Under the pieces are notes generated by a model. The model was not told the DNA's origin and did not search any database. It was given only the letters and a program-made list of their open reading frames with translations. Position numbers and translations under genes: made by a program. Below are positions 13,401 to 26,592 of a stretch of 64,000 nucleotides of DNA, in pieces. Source of the stretch: Octopus vulgaris (Eukaryota); assembly GCA_951406725.2 (NCBI GenBank), contig OX597821.1, positions 40,920,001 to 40,984,000 on the forward strand. Direction: 5' to 3'. Every line of letters begins with the position of its first letter. Position 1 is the first letter of the stretch.

Positions 13401-14263
13401 GAACGCATGTGCATTCATCTGCTATCAAGCTGATAGAATTGGAAAGAGGTTCTGGATGAGAAGTGAATGAAAAAGATTTTCTTTTGAAAATTTCTGAATG
13501 AGCAGACAAATTGTATGGTTGACATGTTCTTCAAATGGAAAAGACTGCAAAGAAAAGGCTGAAAAGAATTGGAATAACTAGATTTTCTTTTATTTTCATT
13601 CTGTTGTTGCTGCCACTGTTGTCATTGTTGTTATTGCTGTTGTTGTTGTTGTTGTTGTTGGGGGTGGTTAATTTCAAGGAATGTTGTTATGATATGATGT
13701 TAGTCTTAATACTTGTTACAAAGCTCCCTGTCACTTAATGAAATAAAAGTATGGTAGCAGAGGTTGGTCAATATGAGATTTATAAATGTGATAAAGCAAA
13801 TTCTGCTCTAAGGAAGGGCAGTAGATGTTAATAAAGATACTGTTTACGTGCAAGGGGAGAGTGATATCATGACAGTTTAAATCCTCCATTGATGCCAAGT
13901 CAAATCAAACCGTTCACACTAGACAAGTGTTCTGAACTAAAATACAGGCAACATTTTCTTCAACTTTATTTTTAAAAATTTTAGATGTATTCTTTCACTT
14001 CAGGGTTAAATAGGGAAAAATTCTAAAAGCTGAGTCTCAAATTCCTGATTAAATTGTAATACAGATAATCAAGTGTTTCAGAGTCACAGCTTTGCAAATC
14101 AATAAGGGTTCAATCTATTGACCAAGAACGAAAGAATCCTATTCTATATTCTACCAAGTTACTGACTGTCACCTGGGGAAATGGGGAATAACCCATGGCC
14201 TTTGCACACCACCTTCACCATTTGATGAGGCTGTTGTAGTTATTGTTATTGTTTAAACCCAGA

Positions 14264-14483
14264 TGAGCTGGCAGAAACGTTAGCATGCAAAATGCGTAGC
14301 CATATTTTGTCTGCCGTTACGTTTTGAGTTCAAATTCCACTGAGGTCAACTTTGCCTTTCATCCTTTCGGGGTCAATAAATAAGTATCAGTTACACACTG
14401 GGGTCGATGTAATCGACTTAATCCATTTGTCTGTCTTTGTTTGTCCCCTCTGTGTTTAGCCCCTTGTGGGTAGTGAAGAAATA
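14264..14483 (+). mobile_element. SINE family B with ~15-bp TSD
   Basis: Full unit; flanks attgtttaaacccag and attgtttaaccccag. Confidence 0.92.
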
Positions 14484-16967
14484 TATTGTTTAACCCCAGT
14501 TCATCCCTAATTAAGTAGACCTATGATCAAAGTCATTACAGCTTTGACCATCCTGTCAGAGTGTATGAACAGCATGGTGCTTCTAGGATTTCATGAGAGC
14601 AAATGGCCTAGCAATTATAGATATCATATGTGGTTTTTCTTATCAAATATCTTCACCATCCCTGTTCTATAGGGTGATTGGTTTTTGGCATAAAAGTAAA
14701 TGTTTAGGATTAGCTGAGATGAGAAAAGAAGGAACAAAAGAATCAGGTGAGCTTATAAATGTGTGGTACAAAATCTCTGGATGTGGTACACAGCCTGTGG
14801 ATATGTGATGCACAGCCAGCTAGGTGCTATAGCCATTCTAGTCACCATAGTAAAAGTTCAAATGGTGGTAAGACCTTATTGTTGTGCAGATTTGTACTGA
14901 ATTGTGGTGCATTAATAATGGAAGGTTCATCAATGAACTCAACTATTTTTGATGCTGTCTAAAATGGTTGTACTGAGCTCTGCTCACAGCTCAGCTCAGA
15001 GCTTTCTGTGAGTGTAACTCTAAAAGGGAAAAGGGGAGGGTACTTTGTCAGGCTAAACCATACAGACACATAGACACATGCAATAGTAGACATTTCAATA
15101 ATGTCCCAAGTGTTGTATATTCTACAAAGCACAATATCAATTTTTGGTGGTACTTGATAACATATGGAGTTATGTTGTAATAAAATTGTACAGTTATTAA
15201 GATATACAAACAGAAGTCTTCAGAGAGAAAGAGTGCAAGATATATTCAGCTTATTTTTCTCATTCTCAATCTTGCAGAATCTTCAGTCTATGAAAATGAC
15301 CCACATCTAATGAGCATACAAAAAAAAAAAAAATAATAATAATAATAATAATAATAAGCACATTTTCTCTAGAAATACTTCAACATAATACTTTTTGGGT
15401 TAAGTTCACAGAAATAATTTTATAAAAAAAAAACAATAAATTTCTTCTGTGTTATTTCACAAGTGTTTTATAAAAACACAGTCATTTTCAAGTCAACTCC
15501 TTTATTTGTAACACACACTGTGGTTAAGCACACTAGTGGTGCTTTCAGACTCCACTCTCTCTGTCCTTCCTGTTTCATTTGGTTTTGTGTCTATAACTTC
15601 ATCATCAAATGTGTTTCCTTTATTTTTTTTAAATGATAAGTTTTAATAAAAGGGAGATTTGGTTCTATTTCTAGCTACATAGAGGCTTCTGTTTGGTGGT
15701 TCAATATCCACGAAATATATACTGTCTGTTGTGGTATGTTTATAACTAGAAGTTTATTATATCATTATTGTAAGAAATACACAATACTTAGACTGTAGCA
15801 TTTCCAATTTGAAACACAGCAAAATTTTATGGCATCATTACAAGGATTCGTTGAAGTAATGATGTTATAAATAAGTTGACATTCCTAGACAATGTAGAAG
15901 TTATTCCTGACAGCTGGGGTGAACTGAAGCATGTAATATTAAGGCTCTTTCTCATTCTGACAACTGTATACTGGCAATGAATTTGAACTTTAGACACATG
16001 ACAAGCTATTATGATGATAGCCATTTAGCTGTTTTCCTTGTTATTCTCTTTAATCTCTCTCTTCCTCCATTCTCTCGCTCTCTCTCTCACTCTCTCCCCT
16101 TCTCTCTCTTTATCAATACCTACTTTTCTGGACTTTTCTGGTTACTTCACAAACTTGCAATCAGCTGTCAGGGAGTGATGCGGAATCTGCAACCACAGCA
16201 ATGACAGCTCATCTATGAGTTCCTGGCCCTCTAAATTGCAACCCGTATCAAAGAAGATATTCTGAAACCAGTAAGTGATGCTGGTTCTTGTCATTTGTAT
16301 ATAGTGGTAGGCATGGTTTAACGTCACAACCTGGCCTTTGGATGTCCCTCTAACAAGAGTCATTCAGTTGCAAACATGTGGATCATACCTTTAGTTAGAG
16401 GATAACATAGGTTCTTAATGCTGCAATGTTCCTTTCATTGCATATTGTAACTGCTTGCCAGAGAATGCAGGTGGAAAAGATTTCCTAGTGGATGCATGTT
16501 ACCAAGCAGGAACTCAACCTGAATTGTACACCATGCAAAAAATGGCTGTTCTGTGTCTATTTCTTATCCTGTTCCTTACAGCACATAAAACAGAGCCAAG
16601 CAAGCATGGATTTCAAGATCAACAGAAGCCACTGATTCACATATGAATTAATTACAAGGATAATGTGGGGTAGAGAAATAATATACGATTAGGACTTACC
16701 CCTTTGCTTCCGCCATCAGAACAGCTTAAAATTTAAGCAATTAAATCGAATAAAAAAAACGACCGAGTTACTGGACAATTCTAGATCCAGTACACCCACA
16801 TTGTTTGATGAATAGCTTGGAACTCATCCATCTTCTCCAAGTTACCCATAAAACACTCATGGGCCAATAAAGAAGTTTCTACTACTTGGAAAAAAAAACC
16901 AATCAAATTATATATTTAGTAAAGGAGAGACATATGAAAAGATAACAAACAGGTTGATCATGGCATA

Positions 16968-17371
16968 TACTCTCTTTACTTGTTTCAGTCATTTGACTGC
17001 AGCCATGCTGGAGCACCGCCTTTAGTCGAGCAAATCGACCCTGGGTCTTATTCTTTGTAAGCCCAGTACTTATTCTATCGGTCTCTTTTGCCGAACCGCT
17101 AAGTGATGGGGACGTAAACACCAGCATCGGTTGTCAAGCAATGCTAGGGGGACAAACACAGACACACAAACACACACACACATACATACATATATATACA
17201 CATATATACGACAGGCTTCTTTCAGTTTCCGTCTACCAAATCCACTCACAAGGCATTGGTCGGCCCGAGGCTATAGCAGAAGACACTTGCCCAAGATGCC
17301 ACGCAGTGGGACTGAACCCGGAACCATGTGGTTGGTTAGCAAGCTACTTACCACACAGCCACTCCTGCGCC
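16968..17371 (-). mobile_element. SINE family A, full length, young
   Basis: Complete head ggcgcaggagtggctgtgtggtaag through to the tail; CpGs retained. Confidence 0.95.
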
Positions 17372-17771
17372 TATGAAAATATTTGATCAAAAGTTCAAAT
17401 CTGAGCTGATTTCAAGTGAAATAACAATATAGACGTAACATGTCTAAAACACAAATTCCCCATCATTTATCTTGATACCATCTCCATTGTTCAAACCACA
17501 TTTTTTATTCAAACATAATTTTGTAAAGGATGTTTGTAAGTATGAAGAACCAAATTATTCTGTGACTAATCTCATTCTCTTGGGTTTTAGGATCACTGAC
17601 TTTGGGTATTCCTTTAGCTAAGTTCATTCTATTACAAGTATTTGGGTCACTGATCAAAGAAGCTTATGATTACAGGTATTCCATTCATGCACCACCCACC
17701 CTACCACACGCCCTTATTTTCAAGTATAGTGTCACGAAGACAAATTTGTCAAAATGGTTTTTCTATTTTAA

Positions 17772-18001
17772 CCTTTTCGATATCAACACTCCTGGAATCA
17801 TCCTTGATTCTTCAATCCAAACTCTTCATGTTTTAAAGTAATCTAAATTAAAACTTACACTCAAAATTTCTCGTTAATTTAAGTTGCAAGCACCAGCTTA
17901 ATTATGACAAAGTTATTTTACTAAATTCTTCAGTGTTTTTCAAAAGAATTTTAAATTTAAACAAAGACATTATATTCAAACAGAAATTGGTAACCAAGGG
18001 T
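17772..18001. mobile_element. piggyBac-like MITE (TTAA-flanked)
   Basis: ttaa-ccttttcgatatc ... ggtaaccaaggg-t-ttaa; internal aagttattttactaaattctt shared with 30370-30530. Confidence 0.55.
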
Positions 18002-18594
18002 TTAAAACAGTAGAGTGTGATGAGGGAGATCTGGCTGCTATTTATAGCAGATAAGATGACCACATATAAGCTTCTCTCTTGTCTTCTAGGTGAATAAGTT
18101 CATAGGGGGAGGAACCAGTCAAGTAGACGAGAGGTTGAGAGTTGACACCATTATTTTATCGCATGCTGGCCCAGAACATTTACTTGGCTCATTCTACTCA
18201 GTCATAAAAGGCTACCACAGGATGGAAAGGACTTGTTATGGCAAACAGTGGCAACACTATAACAATAAGAGATGATCTTTAACATGAAGGGTTATGTGTG
18301 GGACCAAGAAAGAAATTTGTTTTCTACCAGTCTCGTCTAGAAGCCAACAGACTGATCACCGACTGATTGAGATCTTTGATCATAACAAGTCAAATAGTTG
18401 AGATGTCATGACAAGAGAAGTAATTCACTTAATCATACAACAAAAGACGTCTGTCTGTTATATTAGACACATCAGGATACCAAGATGAAAGCAGGCTTTT
18501 TGCACATGAAATTATATTTTAAAACATGGCTGTGCAGTTAAAATGAAGAACGGGTTTGGTTATTAGTCTAGCTATTGAAATGCACTTAGCTACC

Positions 18595-18940
18595 ACACAC
18601 ACAAACATACACACACACCAACACACAAGTGTTGGTGCACACGCACATGCATACGCACGCACATCATAAACATATATATCATTTTGAGGGTGTATATATA
18701 AATATATATGAATATATATATATGTATTTTATATATATATGTGTGTGTATGTATTATATATATATATATGTGTGTGCGTGTGTATGTGTGTGTGTGTGTA
18801 TGTATTTTATATATATATATGTATGTATTTATATGTACTTACACATAAATATTTGTTGATGTGTGTGTATACATATGTATATGTATTGGAAAGTGCATAC
18901 ATATATATATATAAATGTACACACACATACACATCTATGA

Positions 18941-18982
<42 letters not shown>

Positions 18983-19000
18983 GTGTGTGTGTGTGTACAT
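18595..19000. repeat. Compound (CA)/(TA)/(TG) microsatellite
   Basis: Direct reading. Confidence 0.95.
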
Positions 19001-20109
19001 GCACTTCTTTCAAGCTATTGCTACGGCATTTTCCAAAAAGCTGGAAATTTTCACATGTTAATGGTGAAGCTTTAAAAATAATAAATTTTGTTTTTTGAAA
19101 GATTCTAATATTTTATAGATATGAAAATTGTAGAAATGAATAATGACATTTCTGAAACTTCTGCTTTCGTAAATAAAAAATAAATTAAAGTCCCAGAAAA
19201 AATGTTTTTTAGTATATTTGCTTCTGCATTCTGTTTTATTATTTCTTTCTCGTTTGCCTGTTTACAGGTGACATTTCTAACATTGGTTTTTTCCTTTTAA
19301 ATGCAAGCAAAACCGTTTGCCTGCAAATAAATTCTACTTTAGCCAAATTTCAATAAAACACTTATTTTACAAGCAAACAGAACCAAAGTAGCCATACCCT
19401 CAAGTGTAATTAATATGAAACTGTTCTTTATGGAAATCAAAGTAACTGGTTGATTTTTTTTTTTTCAGAGGAGTTGGCTGTTTCACTATATTTCAAACAG
19501 TCTGGGCATTTCTACCAAATTTATGTCACTTCATGACAGGAATGGGAATAGCCATTGTGAAGAGTGTAAACATTAACCTAGTGCTGTTTCTTCTACTAAT
19601 TAATCATTTGAGATTATCAAAGTGTGTATTACAAAACTACCGAATAGATTTTTTTTTCGTTTTCTATTTTTTTTTTTTTTTTTTGTGAACAGTGATCTAA
19701 TCAAAATGGTTATGATTGGAAAGGAAGTGAGAGCAAAAGAAATTAATAAACATAAATTTGATAGAATCACACATATTCGTACAATTCTTCACATAACAAG
19801 AGCTTTATGGGAAAACCGAAAATATTATCTAAACATGAATAAAATAAACTAAAATATGAAAGTAAAAGGTACATTGGAATTATACCAAGAACATTGTGAG
19901 ATAATTAAATTATATACAGTGGAATAAAGTATTTGACTGTAAATGCATGACAAAAGACTTTGGTAGTTAATAATAAATAATACTGTTACAAAATGAGACT
20001 GAAGCGAATAAAACACTGTGTGTGTGTTTTAGAATGGCTATCAGTACTCCATCACGATGCAATAAATATAATGGGCATATTAAGAGGCGAAATTCACAAA
20101 CACTATAGG

Positions 20110-20113
20110 TGTG

Positions 20114-20154
<41 letters not shown>

Positions 20155-20342
20155 TATGTGTGTATGTGTGTATGTGTGTGTATTTGTGTGTGTATGTGTG
20201 TATATGCGTGCATGTGTGTGTGAGTGTGTGTATTGTGTGAATGTGTGTGTGCGTGCATGTGTGTGAGTGTGTGTGTATGTGTGTGTGGGTGTGGGTGTGT
20301 ATGTGTGCATGTGTGTGTATGTGTGTGTGGGTGTGTGTGTGT
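20110..20342. repeat. (TG)n microsatellite
   Basis: Direct reading. Confidence 0.95.
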
Positions 20343-20723
20343 TATTCATGTTACCACCTCAAAGTCTTTATTAAGCAACTGAATTTCATACTGAATTGTT
20401 TTGTTTCTTTATTGTTTTTGCAATCATTTCATCAGAGAAGAGGAAGGACGGGAGGAGGGGAGGAGGGGGTGGCTAATGAATTTTGTAGACAGGTGAGATA
20501 GGTGAGGGCGATACGTTTTATAGCCAGTTTGGCCATTTCCGTTTTGGTGCTGTAGGTAAAAATTTGGTGAAAGGAGTGGTAGCAGGGGGTGGGGGTGGGG
20601 GAGAAGCAAATTACTGAATCATTTGGGTTTAGGTAAAGGCTGTACGCTACTTCAGTTACATGTATAGGTATATACATGTGTGTATGTACATATGTGCATA
20701 TATATATGTATTGCATATAAATA

Positions 20724-20756
<33 letters not shown>

Positions 20757-20757
20757 G

Positions 20758-20797
<40 letters not shown>

Positions 20798-20954
20798 GGC
20801 GCAGGAGCGGCTGTGTGGTAAGTAGCTTGTTTACCAGCCACATGGTTCCAGGTTCAGTCCCACTGCGTGGCACCTTGGGCAAGTGTCTTCTACTATAGCC
20901 TCAGGCCAACCAAAGCCTTGTGAGTGAATTTGGTAAGAAAAGAAGCCCGTCGTA

Positions 20955-21004
<50 letters not shown>

Positions 21005-21233
21005 TGTGTGTGTTTGTGTGTCTCTGTTTGTCCCCCTAGCATTGCTTGACAACCGATGCTGGTGTGTTTATGTCCCCGTTACTTAGCGGTTCGGCAAAAG
21101 AGACCTATAGAATAAGTACTGGGCTTACAAAACAATAAGTCTCGGGGTCGAGTTGCTCGATTAAAGGCGGTGCTCCAGCATGGCTGCAGTCAAATGACTG
21201 AAACAAGTAAAAGAGTAAAAGAGTAAAAGAGTA
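20798..21233 (+). mobile_element. SINE family A, full length
   Basis: A-box, B-box ggttcagtccc, internal (TA)n(TG)n, (gtaaaaga)n tail. Confidence 0.95.
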
Positions 21234-21882
21234 TATATATATGTATGTATATGTATATATATATATGTATATATATATGTATATCAATATGGCTGAGCAT
21301 TCCAACGGACTTTACTGCAATTTTTTAACCTCAAGAGGATATCTCCTCTAGCTGGTTAATGATGGACAGCTGTATCTGAAATAGTGCAAGCAGGGGAGAG
21401 AACCCCTACCACCTTCTAGCAATGGGACCAGCATATAAATATGTATGTGTATGTATATGTATATTCATTTGTCTATCTGTGTGTGCATGTGTGTGTGTGT
21501 GTGTGTGTATGTGTGTATGTGTCTGTGTATGTATGTATGTATGTATGTATGTATATAACACACATCATCATTGTTTTAATGTCAACTTTTCTCTGCTTCC
21601 ACAGGTTAGACATACTTTCAAGGGATAGATGCTGGATGCTCTTCCTGTTGCCAACCATTGGCTGTTTCCCCATGATGAGACAAGATTGGAAATGACTGAT
21701 ACTGCTTGTATGACAGTGACACTCATTTATGACAATCAGACAATGTCAAATCATGGGGACACAAAAACACACATACACACATATGTATATATTTATGACA
21801 AGACTTTTTTCAAATTCTGCCAACCAAATTTAGTCATAAGGCTTTGGTCAGCCCAGGGCTATAGAAAAAGACATATTTAAAA

Positions 21883-22114
21883 GGCGTCGAGCTGACAGAA
21901 TCGTTAGCACACTGGGCGAAATGCTTTGCGGTATTTCGTCTGCCATTACGTTCTGAGTTCAAATTCCGCCGAGGTCGACTTTGCCTTTCATCCTTTCAGG
22001 GTCAATAAATTAAGTACCAGTTACGCACTGCGATCGATATAATCGACTTAATCCATTTATCTGTCCTTGTTTGTCCTCTCTGTGTTTAGCCCCTTGTGGG
22101 TAGTAAAGAAATAG
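21883..22114 (+). mobile_element. SINE family B inserted into a degenerate minus-strand SINE A (~21800-22180)
   Basis: Full B unit; SINE A sequence resumes at caaggtgccatg. Confidence 0.9.
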
Positions 22115-22598
22115 AAAAAAACACATTTTTCAAGGTGCCATGTTGTGGGATTGAACCCAGGACTATATGGCTGGGAAGCAAATGTCTTGGCCTCACATGC
22201 ATAATGAATGTGTGTGTGTATGTGAATGTGTGTGTGTGTCTATGTGTGTGTGTCCATGTGCGTGTGTGTGTGTGTGCGTGTGTGTGTGAGTATGTGTGTG
22301 TTTAATGTTTGTTATGGAGTGACAGTTGTCTCATATTATTGTAATATTTACGGTGTGATTTCAGGCCTTGTCCCTAGAGCAGAAAAGAATATTTACAGTG
22401 TGATTTTAATGTAGAATAATGAGTTCTTGCGATCATAAAGTTCTTCTGTAGAAAAGTCTAAAACAGTATTGAGCTTAGAGTGAACCAGAATGTGGATGAA
22501 AATTTATGTATCAAGTCAACGATCTATTCTCATATTCAACCATTTTTTCATCTTAACTGGGTTTTTTTGTATCTTGATTATTTCTTTTTTTTTCCAAG

Positions 22599-22631
22599 AA
22601 ACTCTATGTTTCTGTCCATCACAGTGGAATG
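22599..22631 (+). other. Candidate 33-nt micro-exon
   Basis: ttatttctttttttttccaag acceptor, G|gtaagt donor, no stop in any frame; no partner exon identified. Confidence 0.3.
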
Positions 22632-23091
22632 GTAAGTAGATAACCTAAATAATGGTACCGAATGTACACGTAGGCACTTACCATTTGTTATGATTTAGTT
22701 GAATAGTGTCCATTCATAGAACATGATTGGTCAATCAGCATATCATGGAAGCCGGAGCATTGTTGAGTTGCTAAGTCTTTGGGATCAGTTTTTTGAAGGC
22801 GGAAATTGATTCAATTCCAAACCGAAAGAATGCTGACTTTAACGTATCTGAACACGTTGTCAGATTTTATCCCAATTATACTTTGTATTCTGCATCACAC
22901 TCTGCTTGAAATATGCAGGAATAAATGAAATGAAAATAATGCATTCTTAAACATGCTATACCTGGAAAAAGGTTGATTTTCTTTGTGGATTTGGTAACAA
23001 AAGAAGACATGTTTTGTAAACAATACAGAAAAAAGAAGCACACACTGTACATCTAAATATATGTATATATGTGTATGTGTGTATTTACATC

Positions 23092-23129
<38 letters not shown>

Positions 23130-23272
23130 AGAGAAGAATTGTCAAGCCAAGTGAAATCGTAGTTATTGCTTATGCTGGGTTCATATAAGTGGCCCCCCAT
23201 GCTGGTGGCATGTAAAAAGTACTTTTCAAAGGTTGGGTTTCATGGAAGCAAAGTGACTGATGCCAATGGCTT

Positions 23273-24200
23273 TATCATCATTTAACATCCGTTGTCCATG
23301 CTGGCATGGGCTGGACAGTTTGACCAGGACTGGCAAGCTGAAAGGCTGTACCAGATTCCAGTCTGATTTGGCATGGTTTCTATGGGTGAATGTCCTTCCT
23401 AATGCCAACCACTCTGAAAGTGTAATGGGTGCTTTTACATGCCACCGTCACAGGTGCTATTTGCATGACACCAGTGTCTGCCATGACTGTAATTTTACTT
23501 GGCTTCATGGGTTTTCTTCTCAAGCTCAACATAATGTTAAATGTTCCAGTCGTTGCCTCCATGAGGCTCAACACTCAAAACAAACTCAGCCACTTAGCCT
23601 CTGTGAGGCCCAGTGCTTGAAAGGAACTTAGCCACTTGGCCTCCATGAAGGTGCTCTTTAAGTGCTACTAGCATGGGTACCTATTACATGACACCAGCAT
23701 CAGTCATGACTACGATTTCACTTGGCTTGGCCAGTCCTCACAAGCAAAGTATATCAACAAAGGTCTCGGTCACCAGTCATTGCCTCTGTGAGACTCAAAG
23801 TTCGAAGATCATGCTTCACCACCTCATCCCATGTCATCCGGGGCCTACCTCTACCACAGGTTCCCTCAACAGTTAGAGATCAGCACATCTTTACACAGCT
23901 GTACTTGTCTATACATATCACATGATTATTTCAGCACAGTTGTCTCTCTTGCACACCACATCTGATGCCTCTTATGCCCAACTTTTCTCTCAAGAAGCTC
24001 ACACTCTGTCAAACATGCACACTGACATTGCACATCCAGTGAAGCATACTGGCTTCATTTCTTTCAAGCCTACACATGTCCTCAGCTGTCAAAGCCCATG
24101 TTTCACTACCATGTAGCATAGCTGCTTGCACACAGACAACATACAATTTGCCTTTCACTCTGAGAGAAAGAGACGCTTTGTTGCCAGCAGAGGTAGGAAG
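23273..24200 (-). mobile_element. RTE LINE 3' end (ORF C-terminus, 3' UTR, (GAT)n tail)
   Basis: EGTCGRGRPRMTWDEVVKHDLR..; UTR ending ccatgccagcatggacaacggatgttaaatgatga; an opposite-orientation UTR piece lies at 23141-23270. Confidence 0.88.
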
Positions 24201-24266
24201 AAATCAATCACTATCATGAACAGAATTGGTGACACATGCACACAAACGCACGCATGTGTGTGTGTA

Positions 24267-24519
24267 CAGGGTTAGCCAAAATTCACCTGATAGTAAATCA
24301 AAACTGGTTAATTCCAAGATTAAAACAAAACATTTTAAAATTATTTTATATGAGACTTCACTAATGAATAGGCAAATGTTTCAAAAAAAAAAAAAAACCG
24401 TGATTTTAACTCGTAGCAGCCAATTATTAAACATTCATAATTGGAGTGAATAAATAAAATTCAATATTAAGTATTTATGGAATTTTGATTTACTGTCGGC
24501 TAACTTTTGGCCAACCCTC
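24267..24519. mobile_element. Tc1/mariner-type MITE, ~253 bp
   Basis: TA followed by cagggttagccaaaattcacctgatagtaaatcaaaa, versus ttttgatttactgtcggctaacttttggccaaccctc: ~37-bp imperfect TIR. Confidence 0.85.
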
Positions 24520-24532
24520 AATATATATATAT

Positions 24533-24962
24533 ATTCTTTTATTCTTTTACTTGTTTCGGTCATTTAATGGCAGCCATTCTGGAGCACTTCCTTTAGTCAA
24601 GCAAATCAAATCCTGGATTTATTCTTTGTAAGCCTGGTACTTATTCTTTTGTTCTCTTTTGCTGAACCGCTAAGTTACAGGGGCGTAAATACACCAACAT
24701 CGGTTGTCAAGCAGCAGTGGGGGAACAAACACAGGCACACAAACATATATGTACATACATACATACATACATACATGCATGCATATATATATATATGATG
24801 GGCTCCTTTCAGTTTCTGCCTACCAAATCCACTCGCAAGGCTTTGGTTGGCCTGAGCTATAATGGATGAGATGACACTTGCCCAAGGTGCCACGCAGTGG
24901 GGCTGAACCCAGAACCATGAGGTTGAGAAGCAAGCTTCTTACAACACAGCCATGCCTACACC
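24533..24962 (-). mobile_element. SINE family A
   Basis: Full unit, moderately diverged. Confidence 0.92.
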
Positions 24963-24981
24963 TATATATATGTATATATAT

Positions 24982-25125
24982 ATTCTTTTAGTTTTTTATT
25001 TGTTTCAGTCATTTGACTGTGGCCATGCTGCAGCACCACCTTTAGTCGAACAAATTGACCCCAGGACTTATTCTTTGTAAGCCTAGTACTTATTCTATTG
25101 GTCTCTTTTGCCAAACAGATAAGTT
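24982..25125 (-). mobile_element. SINE family A, 3' fragment
   Basis: Tail to ctcttttgcc only. Confidence 0.88.
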
Positions 25126-25324
25126 ACTATGTGACTGCATGGTTGATGGATTAGCTTCACAGACATATGGTTTGGATTCCAGTCCTACTTCATTTTCTAC
25201 TAAAGTATGTATATTACACATAAAGATATATATGTATGTGTATATATAAATATATATTTTTTATTTAATTTGCAGATGTTACAAAGTATGTTACAAAAGA
25301 GTTTTGTGTGTTAGCAGTATATAT

Positions 25325-25705
25325 GTGGCTGTGTGGTAAGGAGCTAGTTTACCAACCACATGGTTCCGGGTTCAGTCCCACTGCATGGCACCTTGGGCAA
25401 GTGTCTTCTACTATAGCCTCGGGCCGACCAATGCCTTGTGAGTGGATTTGGTAGACGGAAACTGAAAGAAGCCCATCGTATATATGTATATATATGCGTG
25501 TGTGTGTGTTTGTCCCCCTAGCATTGCTTGACAACCGATGCTGGTATGTTATGTCCCCGTTACTTAGCGGTTCAGCAAAAGAGACCAATAGAATAAGTAC
25601 TGGGCTTACAAAAGAATAAGTCCTAGGGTCGAGTTGCTCGATTAAATGCGGTGCTCCAGCATGGCCACAGTCAAATGACTGAAACAAGTAAAAGAGTAAA
25701 GAGTA
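25325..25705 (+). mobile_element. SINE family A
   Basis: Near-full unit. Confidence 0.93.
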
Positions 25706-25953
25706 TATGTATATATACATATATAAATATACGAAATATGGTGCTTTAGTTCGCAGGTGATCTAAATGATTAGGTACGTTAGGTAATTGCTGTAATGGAT
25801 TACTATGGCTCCAAGGTTATAGCCAAGATGGTAGTAATGGAGCCATTGCATATTTAGATATAGCAGATATAGAATTGTTAAAGAGGACAACAAACATTAA
25901 GGCAAGGCAAACATCTCAAGTCTTATACATTATTATTATTGGAAAAATCCAAA

Positions 25954-26009
25954 GTCTTACAGCTGTTTCTGAGATATCCCTGAGTATGGGATACTCCATC
26001 ATCAGAGAC
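25954..26009 (-). ncRNA. Minimal type-I hammerhead ribozyme (predicted)
   Basis: Minus strand: gucu CUGAUGA uggaguauccc-auacuca-gggauaucuca GAAA cagcug UA agac; full core, stem I 4 bp, palindromic stem III. Confidence 0.8.
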
Positions 26010-26222
26010 AAATAGGGAAAATCAGAAGGGTATACATTAATGAAATGATGACATAGAGGACAGGAGTAAAAGAATAAGGAGATGAAGAAAGAGAAGAAAA
26101 AAGAAGCATGTATATTATATATATGCTACAGCATGGCCTCAGCCCCAGGCTGAAACCCATAAAAGATAAAAGGTATACACAGTTGCCCAGACACTTAAAC
26201 ACACACACACATATTACATCTA

Positions 26223-26592
26223 TAATAATAATATTATTAAGAATAATAATAATAATAATGAAATTATTGTATACAGTGCTCAGGTGCACCACAACTTGTC
26301 AGACAGTGCATATAAAGCACATGCAGTAATGTACAAATGTCTGGAAAGCGAACAATGCATGAGTCAGATACATGCTTTTGTGTGTATGGAGGGGAGAAAA
26401 TCAGGTGTAGTGTGGGCGAATCTCAGAAAGCATGGAAGTTTTGAAGGATGCAGTGCTCCGACAATTAACAACTGATGCCGGCAGTTTGTTCCATGCTTCA
26501 GCAACTCTCAGCGTGAAAAAATGTTTCCTAAAATCATGGGAGCTGTGCTGTTTTCTGACTTTGTAAATATGTCCATGGGTGTTAGATGGGTA
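26223..26592 (-). mobile_element. CR1-type LINE 3' end with (TTA)n tail
   Basis: NTHGHIYKVRKQHSSHDFRKHFFTLRVAEAWNKLPASVV..SFK, typical CR1 ORF2 C-terminus. Confidence 0.88.

Noticed and set aside
16142-16560. Possible decayed LINE endonuclease remnant
   Set aside because: Similarity too weak to call by eye
17131-17386. Recurrent ORFs such as [25 protein letters not shown]
   Set aside because: Antisense translations of SINE A, not a gene family
20445-20602. G-rich tracts as G-quadruplex or regulatory element
   Set aside because: Low-complexity G runs with no other support
22682-22902. Minus-strand exon ending in G|GTAAGT
   Set aside because: Stops in all three frames close to the donor
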